From: an uncultured Acidimicrobiaceae bacterium | GTDB taxonomy: Bacteria > Actinomycetota > Acidimicrobiia > Acidimicrobiales > Ilumatobacteraceae | Reading direction: 5' to 3' | DNA: 64,000 nt | Assembly: GCA_937890395.1 (NCBI GenBank) | Contig: CALACK010000062.1 | Location: 1,170 to 65,169 of the forward strand | Part shown: positions 47,320 through 54,687 of the stretch, in pieces | Numbering within the stretch: position 1 is the stretch's first letter | Layout: each line of letters starts with the position of its first letter | Made by a program: the position numbers and the translations under genes | Notes under the pieces: generated by a model | Database searches by the model: none | What the model saw: only the letters and a program-made list of their open reading frames with translations | What the model was told of the DNA's origin: nothing

Positions 47320-48180
47320 CTAAACCGAATGAGAAGTTAGATCACTCGGCCAATTTGGTTGAAACAGATGCCACTGCGCGGGGTCACGACGAATCAGAAG
47401 TTCAAGTTCAATTGCTAAATCTTGAGAAATTCTCTGCATATCTTCTCGTAATGTCGCAAGTCGCTCAACTTTGATTGCCGGCCGCACGATTGTTTTATGA
47501 CCGTCGAGGCGTTTTGAGAAATATGTAGCAAGCGGTACGAGAGCAGCACCCGTTCGCAACGCAAAAAAAGCAGGGCCGGTCGGGATCGTAGTTCTCTCGC
47601 CAAAAAACTCGATGTCAACACCAGTGCCCTGAATATCACGGTCACTCAAAAGTGCAACGATCTCATTTCTTGCAAGCGCTTGTTGTACGGCGACACCAGC
47701 GCTGTCATCTAGTGGAATCACCTGAACACCGTAGTTTCTGCGAAGTTGTAAAAACATTTCAAACAATTGTTGCGACTCGAGTTTCTCAACTACTGCATTG
47801 AGCTTGTGTCCGGTTTGGATCAACCACCTACCCGACCACTCCCAACCACCTAAGTGGGGCAAAGCAAGAATCACCCCCTTGCCTAGTTTGAGCCCAGATT
47901 CAATATGTTCGAAGCCTTCTATCGAGACCCCAGACTGAATTTGCTTCGAATTTAAATACGGCAGTCGAAAAGTTTCGACGTAATAACGGGCGTAACTCTC
48001 ATACGATTTTTGCACTGCACGACGATTTTGACGATCGCTTAACTCGGGTTGAACGCGCCGCATGTGTCTTGAAACAACTGCACGTTTTTTACGCATTGGA
48101 ATAGTCACCACCGGAACCAACACTGCAGTCAACATAGCTATTACAAAAGTAGGAGTAATTCTTGCCAGCACCGCAATCAT
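47320..48180 (-). CDS. HtrB/LpxL-family acyltransferase, phosphatidylinositol mannoside acyltransferase-like
   Basis: It holds the position between pgsA and pimA, as M. tuberculosis Rv2611c does (from memory). The lysophospholipid acyltransferase-like core is LALPHLGGWEW....ALLSDRD. I start at ATG 48180 (MIAVLARI..); the track extension to 48363 would overlap pgsA by 130 nt. Confidence 0.7.
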   Translation of the reverse strand: MIAVLARITPTFVIAMLTAVLVPVVTIPMRKKRAVVSRHMRRVQPELSDRQNRRAVQKSYESYARYYVETFRLPYLNSKQIQSGVSIEGFEHIESGLKLGKGVILALPHLGGWEWSGRWLIQTGHKLNAVVEKLESQQLFEMFLQLRRNYGVQVIPLDDSAGVAVQQALARNEIVALLSDRDIQGTGVDIEFFGERTTIPTGPAFFALRTGAALVPLATYFSKRLDGHKTIVRPAIKVERLATLREDMQRISQDLAIELELLIRRDPAQWHLFQPNWPSDLTSHSV

Positions 48181-48233
48181 GCGACAGCCAACGATGACTA
48201 GCGCATCAGAAAAACTTTTTCGAGGTGCCGACG

Positions 48234-48923
48234 TCACTTCATATTGCGACGACGCGATAGACGCAATCGTCGATCGGCACGCAGAGAACGACGTGAAGCA
48301 CGACGAGACTGCCGTAATGCAACCCGCTCTGCGGTTGCCGGTGCGACTGCTGCTTGGTTCCAAACTTTAAAAAAGCGTTGTACAGCCGTAATCGTGCAGA
48401 GAATAAGCATCAACCACATCGCCCAAAACAAAAGCGAGTCAAAAAGCAAACCAACACATAACAAGATGATTCGTTCAGCCCGCTCCATTAATCCACCCTT
48501 GGCGGTCAACCCGAGTGCCTCAGCTTTGGCGCGCTGATACGAAATCAACGATGAGACCGCCATGACTGCGAATGGCAGCACTGATGCGTGAGCGCCGCGT
48601 TGGGAACCCAAAAACCAAGCGACGCCACCTAATAAGACTGCGTCTGTTACACGATCAATAGTTGAATCAAAAAAAGCGCCGCGTTGACTACTTTGATTTG
48701 ATGCTTTAGCCAATGCACCATCGAATAAATCAGGCAACGCCGCAAATATTACAAGTAGTAGCCCAACCTGTAATTCACCAATTGCAATGGTTACTGCGGC
48801 GACACAAGCGATTAATAGGCCAATTAAAGTTAAATGGTCTGGCGAAAGCTTCGTTCGACGCAACAACTCGCCAACTGGGCGCACAATGCGTTCGACTTCT
48901 TTCTTGAATCTGCCGTCAAACAT
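48234..48923 (-). CDS. pgsA: CDP-alcohol phosphatidyltransferase, phosphatidylinositol-phosphate synthase-like
   Basis: 229 aa with the CDP-alcohol motif DLFDGALAKASNQSSQRGAFFDSTIDRVTD (D-G-x2-A-R/K-x8-G-x3-D-x3-D). It has an unusually Arg-rich 45-aa tail. Confidence 0.85.
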   Translation of the reverse strand: MFDGRFKKEVERIVRPVGELLRRTKLSPDHLTLIGLLIACVAAVTIAIGELQVGLLLVIFAALPDLFDGALAKASNQSSQRGAFFDSTIDRVTDAVLLGGVAWFLGSQRGAHASVLPFAVMAVSSLISYQRAKAEALGLTAKGGLMERAERIILLCVGLLFDSLLFWAMWLMLILCTITAVQRFFKVWNQAAVAPATAERVALRQSRRASRRSLRADRRLRLSRRRNMK

Positions 48924-48932
48924 TGCAACAGC

Positions 48933-48984
48933 CTAGTGCAATCTCGTTAGCCAATCTTATTAGCCAGTCTTGTTAACTGTCTGG
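48933..48984. repeat. 13-bp tandem repeat array upstream of pgsA (2 good plus 2 degenerate units)
   Basis: The units are ctagtgcaatctc / gttagccaatctt / attagccagtctt / gttaactgtctgg. The two middle units match at 11 of 13 positions. The last unit contains the stop codon of the 168-aa ORF. Confidence 0.75.
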
Positions 48985-49479
48985 GTTTGCTTCTACTAGG
49001 CACTGAACTATTCGAGCATCAATTGCATCAATTAACACGAGACCTCTCTGAAGTGGTGGCTCTTGTTCGCTATAACAAAAAACTCGCCAAGTTGGACGAC
49101 TGCGAAACCCTCGCCAAACTTGTTGTGCTGAAGCATGACCGACAGCAAAATCAACAGCACGCGTTGCATAAATAAGTGCAAGCTTTTCATCAACAGTCAT
49201 TCGCCAAGATGACGATAATGAATACAAACCGAAGACACCAAGCAAAATTGCAGCCCACAAAAAACCATCGCTGACTAAACCATTTGGATTCGTATGTTGC
49301 CTCGCCCAAAGAATTAAACACACTGCGGCGATACCCAGATAGAGCGATGCTGGAATCTTGCGTCGACTGTTGTCTGGAAACTTATATGGTCCAACAAACG
49401 CGGTGACATTTAAATCATCCGGTAGTGAATCGCGAATCTCGCTTGCTGAATCTGTCGGCATCAATTTGTCGTCTTCCAT
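48973..49479 (-). CDS. two-TM membrane protein, function unknown
   Basis: 168 aa with an acidic N-terminus, two hydrophobic helices (LYLGIAAVCLILWA, FLWAAILLGVFGLYSL) and an ~85-aa soluble C-terminal domain. It overlaps the HIT gene by 19 nt. No motif recognised. Confidence 0.45.
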   Translation of the reverse strand: MEDDKLMPTDSASEIRDSLPDDLNVTAFVGPYKFPDNSRRKIPASLYLGIAAVCLILWARQHTNPNGLVSDGFLWAAILLGVFGLYSLSSSWRMTVDEKLALIYATRAVDFAVGHASAQQVWRGFRSRPTWRVFCYSEQEPPLQRGLVLIDAIDARIVQCLVEANPDS

Positions 49480-49967
49480 GCTGCTCGAATTCTAGAGGCG
49501 CTGACATCTAGTGCTTCTGGCAAAATCTTTGTGTTCGCAGTCACGACCATAAAATTGGTGTCTCCACTCCACCGACCAACTATGTGCACGTGCAGATGCT
49601 GTGAGATGCTTCCCCCAGCTGCAGCACCGAGGTTGAGCCCGACGTTGAGCGCTTCAGGCTTATAAACAGACTTAACTACCTTTGTCGCATCTGTGACAGT
49701 CGCCCAAAGCTCACTTGTCTCATCAACACTCAACATTTCGAGATCGGCAACTTCGCGATATGGAACAACCAATAAGTGGCCCGATGTATAAGGGAACGCG
49801 TTCATGATCACAAAAACTGTTTTGCCACGATAAACGATGTAGCTCTGCTCATCACTAAGGCCACTATTTAAAATCTGGGTAAAGATTGAAGCATCGCTTG
49901 TGCTTCTCGTATCTTGACCGTGCATCACATATTCGGCACGCCAACCGTTCCAGATTCGATCTAACAT
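49461..49967 (-). CDS. HIT-family nucleotide hydrolase/phosphorylase (Ap4A phosphorylase-like)
   Basis: 168 aa with the histidine triad SQHLHVHIVGRW. It sits between thrS and pgsA, as M. tuberculosis Rv2613c does (from memory). Confidence 0.85.
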   Translation of the reverse strand: MLDRIWNGWRAEYVMHGQDTRSTSDASIFTQILNSGLSDEQSYIVYRGKTVFVIMNAFPYTSGHLLVVPYREVADLEMLSVDETSELWATVTDATKVVKSVYKPEALNVGLNLGAAAGGSISQHLHVHIVGRWSGDTNFMVVTANTKILPEALDVSASRIRAAWKTTN

Positions 49968-50003
49968 TTTTTATCTCTGATTATTGAACACTCAAGCATT
50001 TTG

Positions 50004-51986
50004 TTAAGACTTGATCTCTTGGCCAACATCAGCCTTGAGTTGCTGAATAAAATCAGTCAACGAAACGTCACGAATTACATCGCCACCGCGCGGGTTAACA
50101 CCAACTGTCGCATGCGCAAGATCATCATCGCCGACAACTAACACATACGGTATGCGCTCTAACTTTGATGCACGAATACGTTTGCCAAGTTGCTCATCAG
50201 CAACTAATTGATCTACTCGATACCCAAGTTTGCTGAGAGTTTCAGTGACTTGAAGCGCATACTGCTCGTGCGCCGATGCGACGGCTAAAACCCGAACTTG
50301 GATCGGCGCCAACCAAGTCGGAAACGCCCCTCCGTAATGCTCAAGCAAGACTCCGAAGAAGCGTTCAATCGAACCAAACAATGCACGATGCAACATGATC
50401 GGGCGCTTTCTCGCATTATCTGTCGCAATATATTCAAGACCAAAACGTTCTGGAAGATTAAAGTCGCATTGAATTGTACTTAGTTGCCACTTTCGCCCGA
50501 TTGCATCGCGAACATCAATATCAATCTTTGGACCATAGAACGCAGCGTCGCCAGGAGAAACCGTGTACTGCAATCCGTGGCGATTCAATGCTTCAGTTAA
50601 TGCTTCAGTTGCTTTGCCCCAAATTTCATCAGAGCCGACTGATTTTTCAAGATTGCGTGTGCTGAGTTTAAAATCAAAATCAGTAAAGCCAAATCTACGC
50701 AAGACACTTAACACGAAATCTAGAAGTGATGCGATTTCGTCTGCCATTTGTTCTTCAGTACAAAAAATATGGCTGTCGTCTTGAGTGAAGCCGCGTATGC
50801 GAAGTAAACCGTGCAAAGTCCCGGCGCGCTCGTATCGATAAACGGTGCCCAGTTCAAACAAGCGCAACGGCAATTCGCGATAGCTGCGTTGACGATCTCG
50901 ATAGATCAAACAGTGCATCGGACAATTCATCGGCTTTGGATAATAAGTTCCGTTGTCCATCTCCATTGGTGGGTACATGCCGTCTTTGTAGAACTGCAAG
51001 TGACCTGATGTTTCGAACAAGTTTGCATTAGCTAAATGCGGTGTGAACACAAATTTGTATCCACCATTTTGGTGACGCTCGCGACTGTAGTCCTCCATCA
51101 GTTTTCGAACTATGCCACCCTTTGGATGCCAAACTGCAAGCCCGCCACCGAGTTCTTGTGGAAACGAAAGCAGATCCATTTCAACTGCCAACCGACGGTG
51201 ATCGCGTTTTTCGGCCTCTTCAAGGCGATGTAAATGCTCAGCTAACGCCGTCTTTGACTCCCAAGCGGTGCCATAGATGCGCTGCAACATTGGGCCCTTT
51301 TCATTGCCACGCCAATAGGCACCTGCAACTTTCATTAATGCAAAATGGCCAAGACGACTCGTTGATGGCACATGAGGCCCGCGACAAAGATCAACAAAAT
51401 CATCCGTGTTTCGATAGACACTTACGGCATCTGCGCTGCCTGCTTCGCCGGCATCACTTGAGTCTGCATCACCCTGTGTGACACGCTCAATAATTTCACA
51501 TTTGTATGGCTGATCAGAAAAAAGTTTCAACGCATTGAGTGCTGACATCTCGGCGCGCACAAATGGTTGATCGGCAGTAACGATCTCTTGCATTCTTTGC
51601 TGAATCATTGCCAAATCATCGTCACTAAATGTTTTTGAGTTTGGCAACTCAAAGTCGTAATAAAAGCCATCCTCGATTGCTGGACCAATTGAAAATTTTG
51701 CACCTTTAAAAAGTTGTACAACCGCTTGGGCTAAAACATGAGCGGTTGAGTGTCGCAGTACATGACGACCTGCATCTGAGTCTGCAGTAATAATTGAAAC
51801 TTTTGCACCATCAACAAGAGTCACCCCTAAGTCTGTTTCGATGCCGTTAACTACCGTTGCGACTGCCGCCTGACCCAGACGCTTGCCTATTGACATCGCA
51901 AGATCTAGACCAGTTGAACCAATCGGTAACTCGCGAGTTGAATCATCTGGAAGCCGAACAGAAATCGTGGAGTTATTCGCAGACAT
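50004..51986 (-). CDS. thrS: threonine--tRNA ligase
   Basis: 660 aa with an N-terminal TGS domain, an editing domain (HSTAHVLAQAV) and a class II core (MLHRALFGSIERFFGVLLEHY). Confidence 0.97.
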   Translation of the reverse strand: MSANNSTISVRLPDDSTRELPIGSTGLDLAMSIGKRLGQAAVATVVNGIETDLGVTLVDGAKVSIITADSDAGRHVLRHSTAHVLAQAVVQLFKGAKFSIGPAIEDGFYYDFELPNSKTFSDDDLAMIQQRMQEIVTADQPFVRAEMSALNALKLFSDQPYKCEIIERVTQGDADSSDAGEAGSADAVSVYRNTDDFVDLCRGPHVPSTSRLGHFALMKVAGAYWRGNEKGPMLQRIYGTAWESKTALAEHLHRLEEAEKRDHRRLAVEMDLLSFPQELGGGLAVWHPKGGIVRKLMEDYSRERHQNGGYKFVFTPHLANANLFETSGHLQFYKDGMYPPMEMDNGTYYPKPMNCPMHCLIYRDRQRSYRELPLRLFELGTVYRYERAGTLHGLLRIRGFTQDDSHIFCTEEQMADEIASLLDFVLSVLRRFGFTDFDFKLSTRNLEKSVGSDEIWGKATEALTEALNRHGLQYTVSPGDAAFYGPKIDIDVRDAIGRKWQLSTIQCDFNLPERFGLEYIATDNARKRPIMLHRALFGSIERFFGVLLEHYGGAFPTWLAPIQVRVLAVASAHEQYALQVTETLSKLGYRVDQLVADEQLGKRIRASKLERIPYVLVVGDDDLAHATVGVNPRGGDVIRDVSLTDFIQQLKADVGQEIKS

Positions 51987-52014
51987 GACTCGTTCAGTCT
52001 AGATTGCAGAAGTT

Positions 52015-52740
52015 TTAGATATGAGTGCGGTCGACGTTCGAGCGCTTTGGCGCATATTCATATAAATACTGCTGATTCGTTAGCGCCTGAATCTTCATCA
52101 TCACTTCATCAGTCAATTCACGCAATACTGCAGGATCATCGGTGCGTGACATGTACTTCTGCGTATCAATTGGTGGGCCAATTTCAATTTTGCACACCTT
52201 GCCGAATTTTGGCAGCACCGTATCTGGGGCCATAATCGCACTTGTGCCAGTTATCCCAACAGGAAAAATCGGACAACCAAATTTGAGTGCCAAACGCGCC
52301 GCGCCGGTACGACCTTTATAAAGTTTGCCATCGCGACTACGCGTGCCCTCTGGAAATATTCCGAATAGTTCACCGCGCGCCAACACGGCTTCAACAGCAA
52401 GCATTGCCGAAGTGGCTCTCTCGCCCCCACTTCGGTCTAGTGGAATCATGCCAATTTTTGTAAACAACCAACGAGTTTTCCATGAATCCATATATTCGCT
52501 TTTACCGACTACAGACATGTTGCGCGGTGAATGTGTGAGCAAAAATACTGAATCTAAGAAACTAATATGGTTCGCACACAAAATCGCTGGGCCAGTCACA
52601 GGAATCTGGTCGAAACCGATTAGTGAAAACTTCCAGAAGCGATTTACAAAAAAGCGTACAAATGGTCGGAAGCGAGTCTGAAATTTTGTAGCACCAACAA
52701 ATTTGAGTGGATCAAAATTTGCTTTGTTCATCCCAGCCAC
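52015..52740 (-). CDS. plsC: 1-acyl-sn-glycerol-3-phosphate (lysophospholipid) acyltransferase
   Basis: 241 aa with the HX4D motif in ANHISFLD and FPEGTRS. Confidence 0.82.
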   Translation of the reverse strand: MAGMNKANFDPLKFVGATKFQTRFRPFVRFFVNRFWKFSLIGFDQIPVTGPAILCANHISFLDSVFLLTHSPRNMSVVGKSEYMDSWKTRWLFTKIGMIPLDRSGGERATSAMLAVEAVLARGELFGIFPEGTRSRDGKLYKGRTGAARLALKFGCPIFPVGITGTSAIMAPDTVLPKFGKVCKIEIGPPIDTQKYMSRTDDPAVLRELTDEVMMKIQALTNQQYLYEYAPKRSNVDRTHI

Positions 52741-52756
52741 CTCCTCATCGCATTGA

Positions 52757-53887
52757 TCAACTTTCTAAATTAATACCGAGAAGTTTTGCCGAGGCTTTAA
52801 TGCTGTGACCGGCAGCAACGGCATTGTCGAGCACTTTGATAGCCGCAGGAACATTTAAGTCTTCATCTAGCGCATCACGAACTTCAGCAAGCCCAGCATC
52901 ACCGTCGCCATTTTTTGCCAAAGCCCATGACTTGAGTCTTACCAACGAATTAGTCATCGACGATGAAGTCCACTCCCATTCTTGGCGATAGTGATTAGAA
53001 ATTAGTGCAAGCCGAATTGCTCGAGGATCATGAGTCTTGCGCAGACGATCAACAAATTCAAGATTTCCCAAACTCTTTGACATTTTGGTTCCGTCCATAA
53101 AAACCATCGCAACATGCATCCAATGTTTAACGAATTGCTTTCCAGTTGCGGCTTCAGACTGCGCGCGCTCACATTCGTGATGCGGAAATATTAAATCGCT
53201 CCCGCCACCGTGCAAATCAATCGTCGTACCAAGATCGCGCAACGCCAACGCCGAACATTCAATATGCCAACCTGGTCGACCTGGGCCCCAAATCGTTTCC
53301 CAACTTGGCTCGTCGGGCGCAGATGGTTGCCACAACACAAAATCGAGCGGGTTCCTTTTTTCTGGATTGGCTAGGTCACCGCCTCGTTCTGCTGCGTAAC
53401 GCAACATTGTTTCATTGTCATAATTTGAGACATTTCCGAAAGACTCAAACTTAGTCACATCAAAATAGACACTGCTCCCGCATTGATACGCAAAACCTCT
53501 ATCTAAAACTAAAGCGATAAATTTTCGAATATCCGGAATCGCCGATGACGCACGAGGCTTACTGAAAACATCCAACACATTCAGCGCCGTCATATCTGCG
53601 TCAAACCTTGCTTCTTCACCAGCAGCAAGATCTAAATAATGCACGCCGAGTTCTCTGGCTTTCGCAAACAGCGGGTCATCAACATCAGTTACATTGCGAA
53701 CACATTTGACGGTGTGCCCCTTATCTATTAGCCGGCGTTGCAAAATGTCGTAGCTAACGAAAGTGAAGGCATGACCAATGTGCGTTGCATCATATGGGGT
53801 GATGCCACAGGTGTACATCAAAACTTCTTTGTCTGGAGCAAAATCAACAACACTTCTCCTGACAGTGTCGTACAACTTCAGGTTCAC
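52757..53887 (-). CDS. mshC: L-cysteine:1D-myo-inositol 2-amino-2-deoxy-alpha-D-glucopyranoside ligase (mycothiol ligase)
   Basis: 376 aa. It is CysRS-like but lacks the anticodon-binding domain. CGITPYDATHIGHAFTF, NVTDVDDPLF, GRPGWHIECSALA, GGGSDLIFPHHE and KMSKSLGN track the MshC sequence I remember closely. Confidence 0.85.
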   Translation of the reverse strand: MNLKLYDTVRRSVVDFAPDKEVLMYTCGITPYDATHIGHAFTFVSYDILQRRLIDKGHTVKCVRNVTDVDDPLFAKARELGVHYLDLAAGEEARFDADMTALNVLDVFSKPRASSAIPDIRKFIALVLDRGFAYQCGSSVYFDVTKFESFGNVSNYDNETMLRYAAERGGDLANPEKRNPLDFVLWQPSAPDEPSWETIWGPGRPGWHIECSALALRDLGTTIDLHGGGSDLIFPHHECERAQSEAATGKQFVKHWMHVAMVFMDGTKMSKSLGNLEFVDRLRKTHDPRAIRLALISNHYRQEWEWTSSSMTNSLVRLKSWALAKNGDGDAGLAEVRDALDEDLNVPAAIKVLDNAVAAGHSIKASAKLLGINLES

Positions 53888-54555
53888 TTAGATTCACCAC
53901 GTTCTGGGATACCTGTGAGCCGTGGCGCAACGCGAGTTTTGTAACGCACATTTAATTGCAGCAACACTGCGGTGAAAGCTTCAATCGCTAACGCATTCGA
54001 AAGACTGCCAGCATTCAACGGTCGACAACCAGGTATCCGCAAAACAATTTCAGAAATAGCCGCCGTCGCAGTCGGGTCATCTGAACAGATCAGTACATCG
54101 CTATCTACTTCGTGAGCAAGATTGCCCAATTCTGTTGCTGGCAAATGTTGAAACGCTGCGACAACTCGCGACAACGGAATCTCAGCCTGAATATGCGCAG
54201 CTATACTTCCGCGAGGCGGCACTAGCGGTTGAAACTCTTTACCTACTCGAACTAACGCGTTAGCCATTGTCACAACTATTTTGCCGACCAACTGTTGAGT
54301 GTGCTCGTTGACAATCGTTGCGGCTGAGTCCCACGGTGTGGCAATAATTACTATTTCACAGTTTGCTGCAGCGTCGTTATCGCCACCATTTAGATTTAAT
54401 TTAAAGTTGGGCCACTTGCGAGAGAGTTCGGCGGAGATATCTACTGCTCGTTGAGAATTACGCGAACCAAGAAGCACATCACAACCGATAGAAGCCAAGC
54501 GCAATCCGAGTGCGCTACCTGCTGGTCCTGTTCCTCCAAGAATTCCGATCCGCAT
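53884..54555 (-). CDS. npdG: NADPH-dependent F420 reductase (Fno/NpdG family)
   Basis: MRIGILGGTGPAGSALGLRLA..G.DVLLGSR, ATPW and PLNAGSLSNALAIEAFTAVLLQL parallel the Archaeoglobus Fno sequence as I remember it. ATG 54555 is preferred over the track GTG 54567. Confidence 0.78.
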   Translation of the reverse strand: MRIGILGGTGPAGSALGLRLASIGCDVLLGSRNSQRAVDISAELSRKWPNFKLNLNGGDNDAAANCEIVIIATPWDSAATIVNEHTQQLVGKIVVTMANALVRVGKEFQPLVPPRGSIAAHIQAEIPLSRVVAAFQHLPATELGNLAHEVDSDVLICSDDPTATAAISEIVLRIPGCRPLNAGSLSNALAIEAFTAVLLQLNVRYKTRVAPRLTGIPERGESK

Positions 54556-54590
54556 GACTCGCAACACTACTTACTCAAGATACATATTTA

Positions 54591-54640
54591 CTAGACGTGT
54601 CTGCTAATCGTGTCTATTAACCCTAAATAACTAGAGACAC
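54591..54640. promoter_or_regulatory. phased CGTGTCT direct repeats plus an inverted AGACAC in the npdG/fabI divergent spacer (operator candidate)
   Basis: cgtgtct occurs at 54596-54602 and 54609-54615 (13 bp apart). agacac occurs at 54635-54640 (about 2 x 13 bp further). ctagac lies at 54591-54596. Confidence 0.4.
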
Positions 54641-54654
54641 AACACCGACGCAAT

Positions 54655-54684
54655 GTAAACAGGTTTCGACCAACTACCGTTTAC
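54655..54684 (+). promoter_or_regulatory. inverted repeat immediately upstream of the fabI start codon
   Basis: gtaaac(a)gg - 13 nt - ccgtttac, ending 3 nt before ATG 54688. It could form a 5-prime UTR hairpin or serve as a dimeric regulator site. Confidence 0.35.
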
Positions 54685-54687
54685 GGA

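Noticed and set aside
47303-47339. A possible bidirectional terminator hairpin (attcg ... cgaat) at the LLM/acyltransferase convergent junction.
   Set aside because: It has only a 5-bp stem with a loop of about 26 nt, no flanking T/A tracts, and both arms lie inside coding sequence. It is too weak to call.
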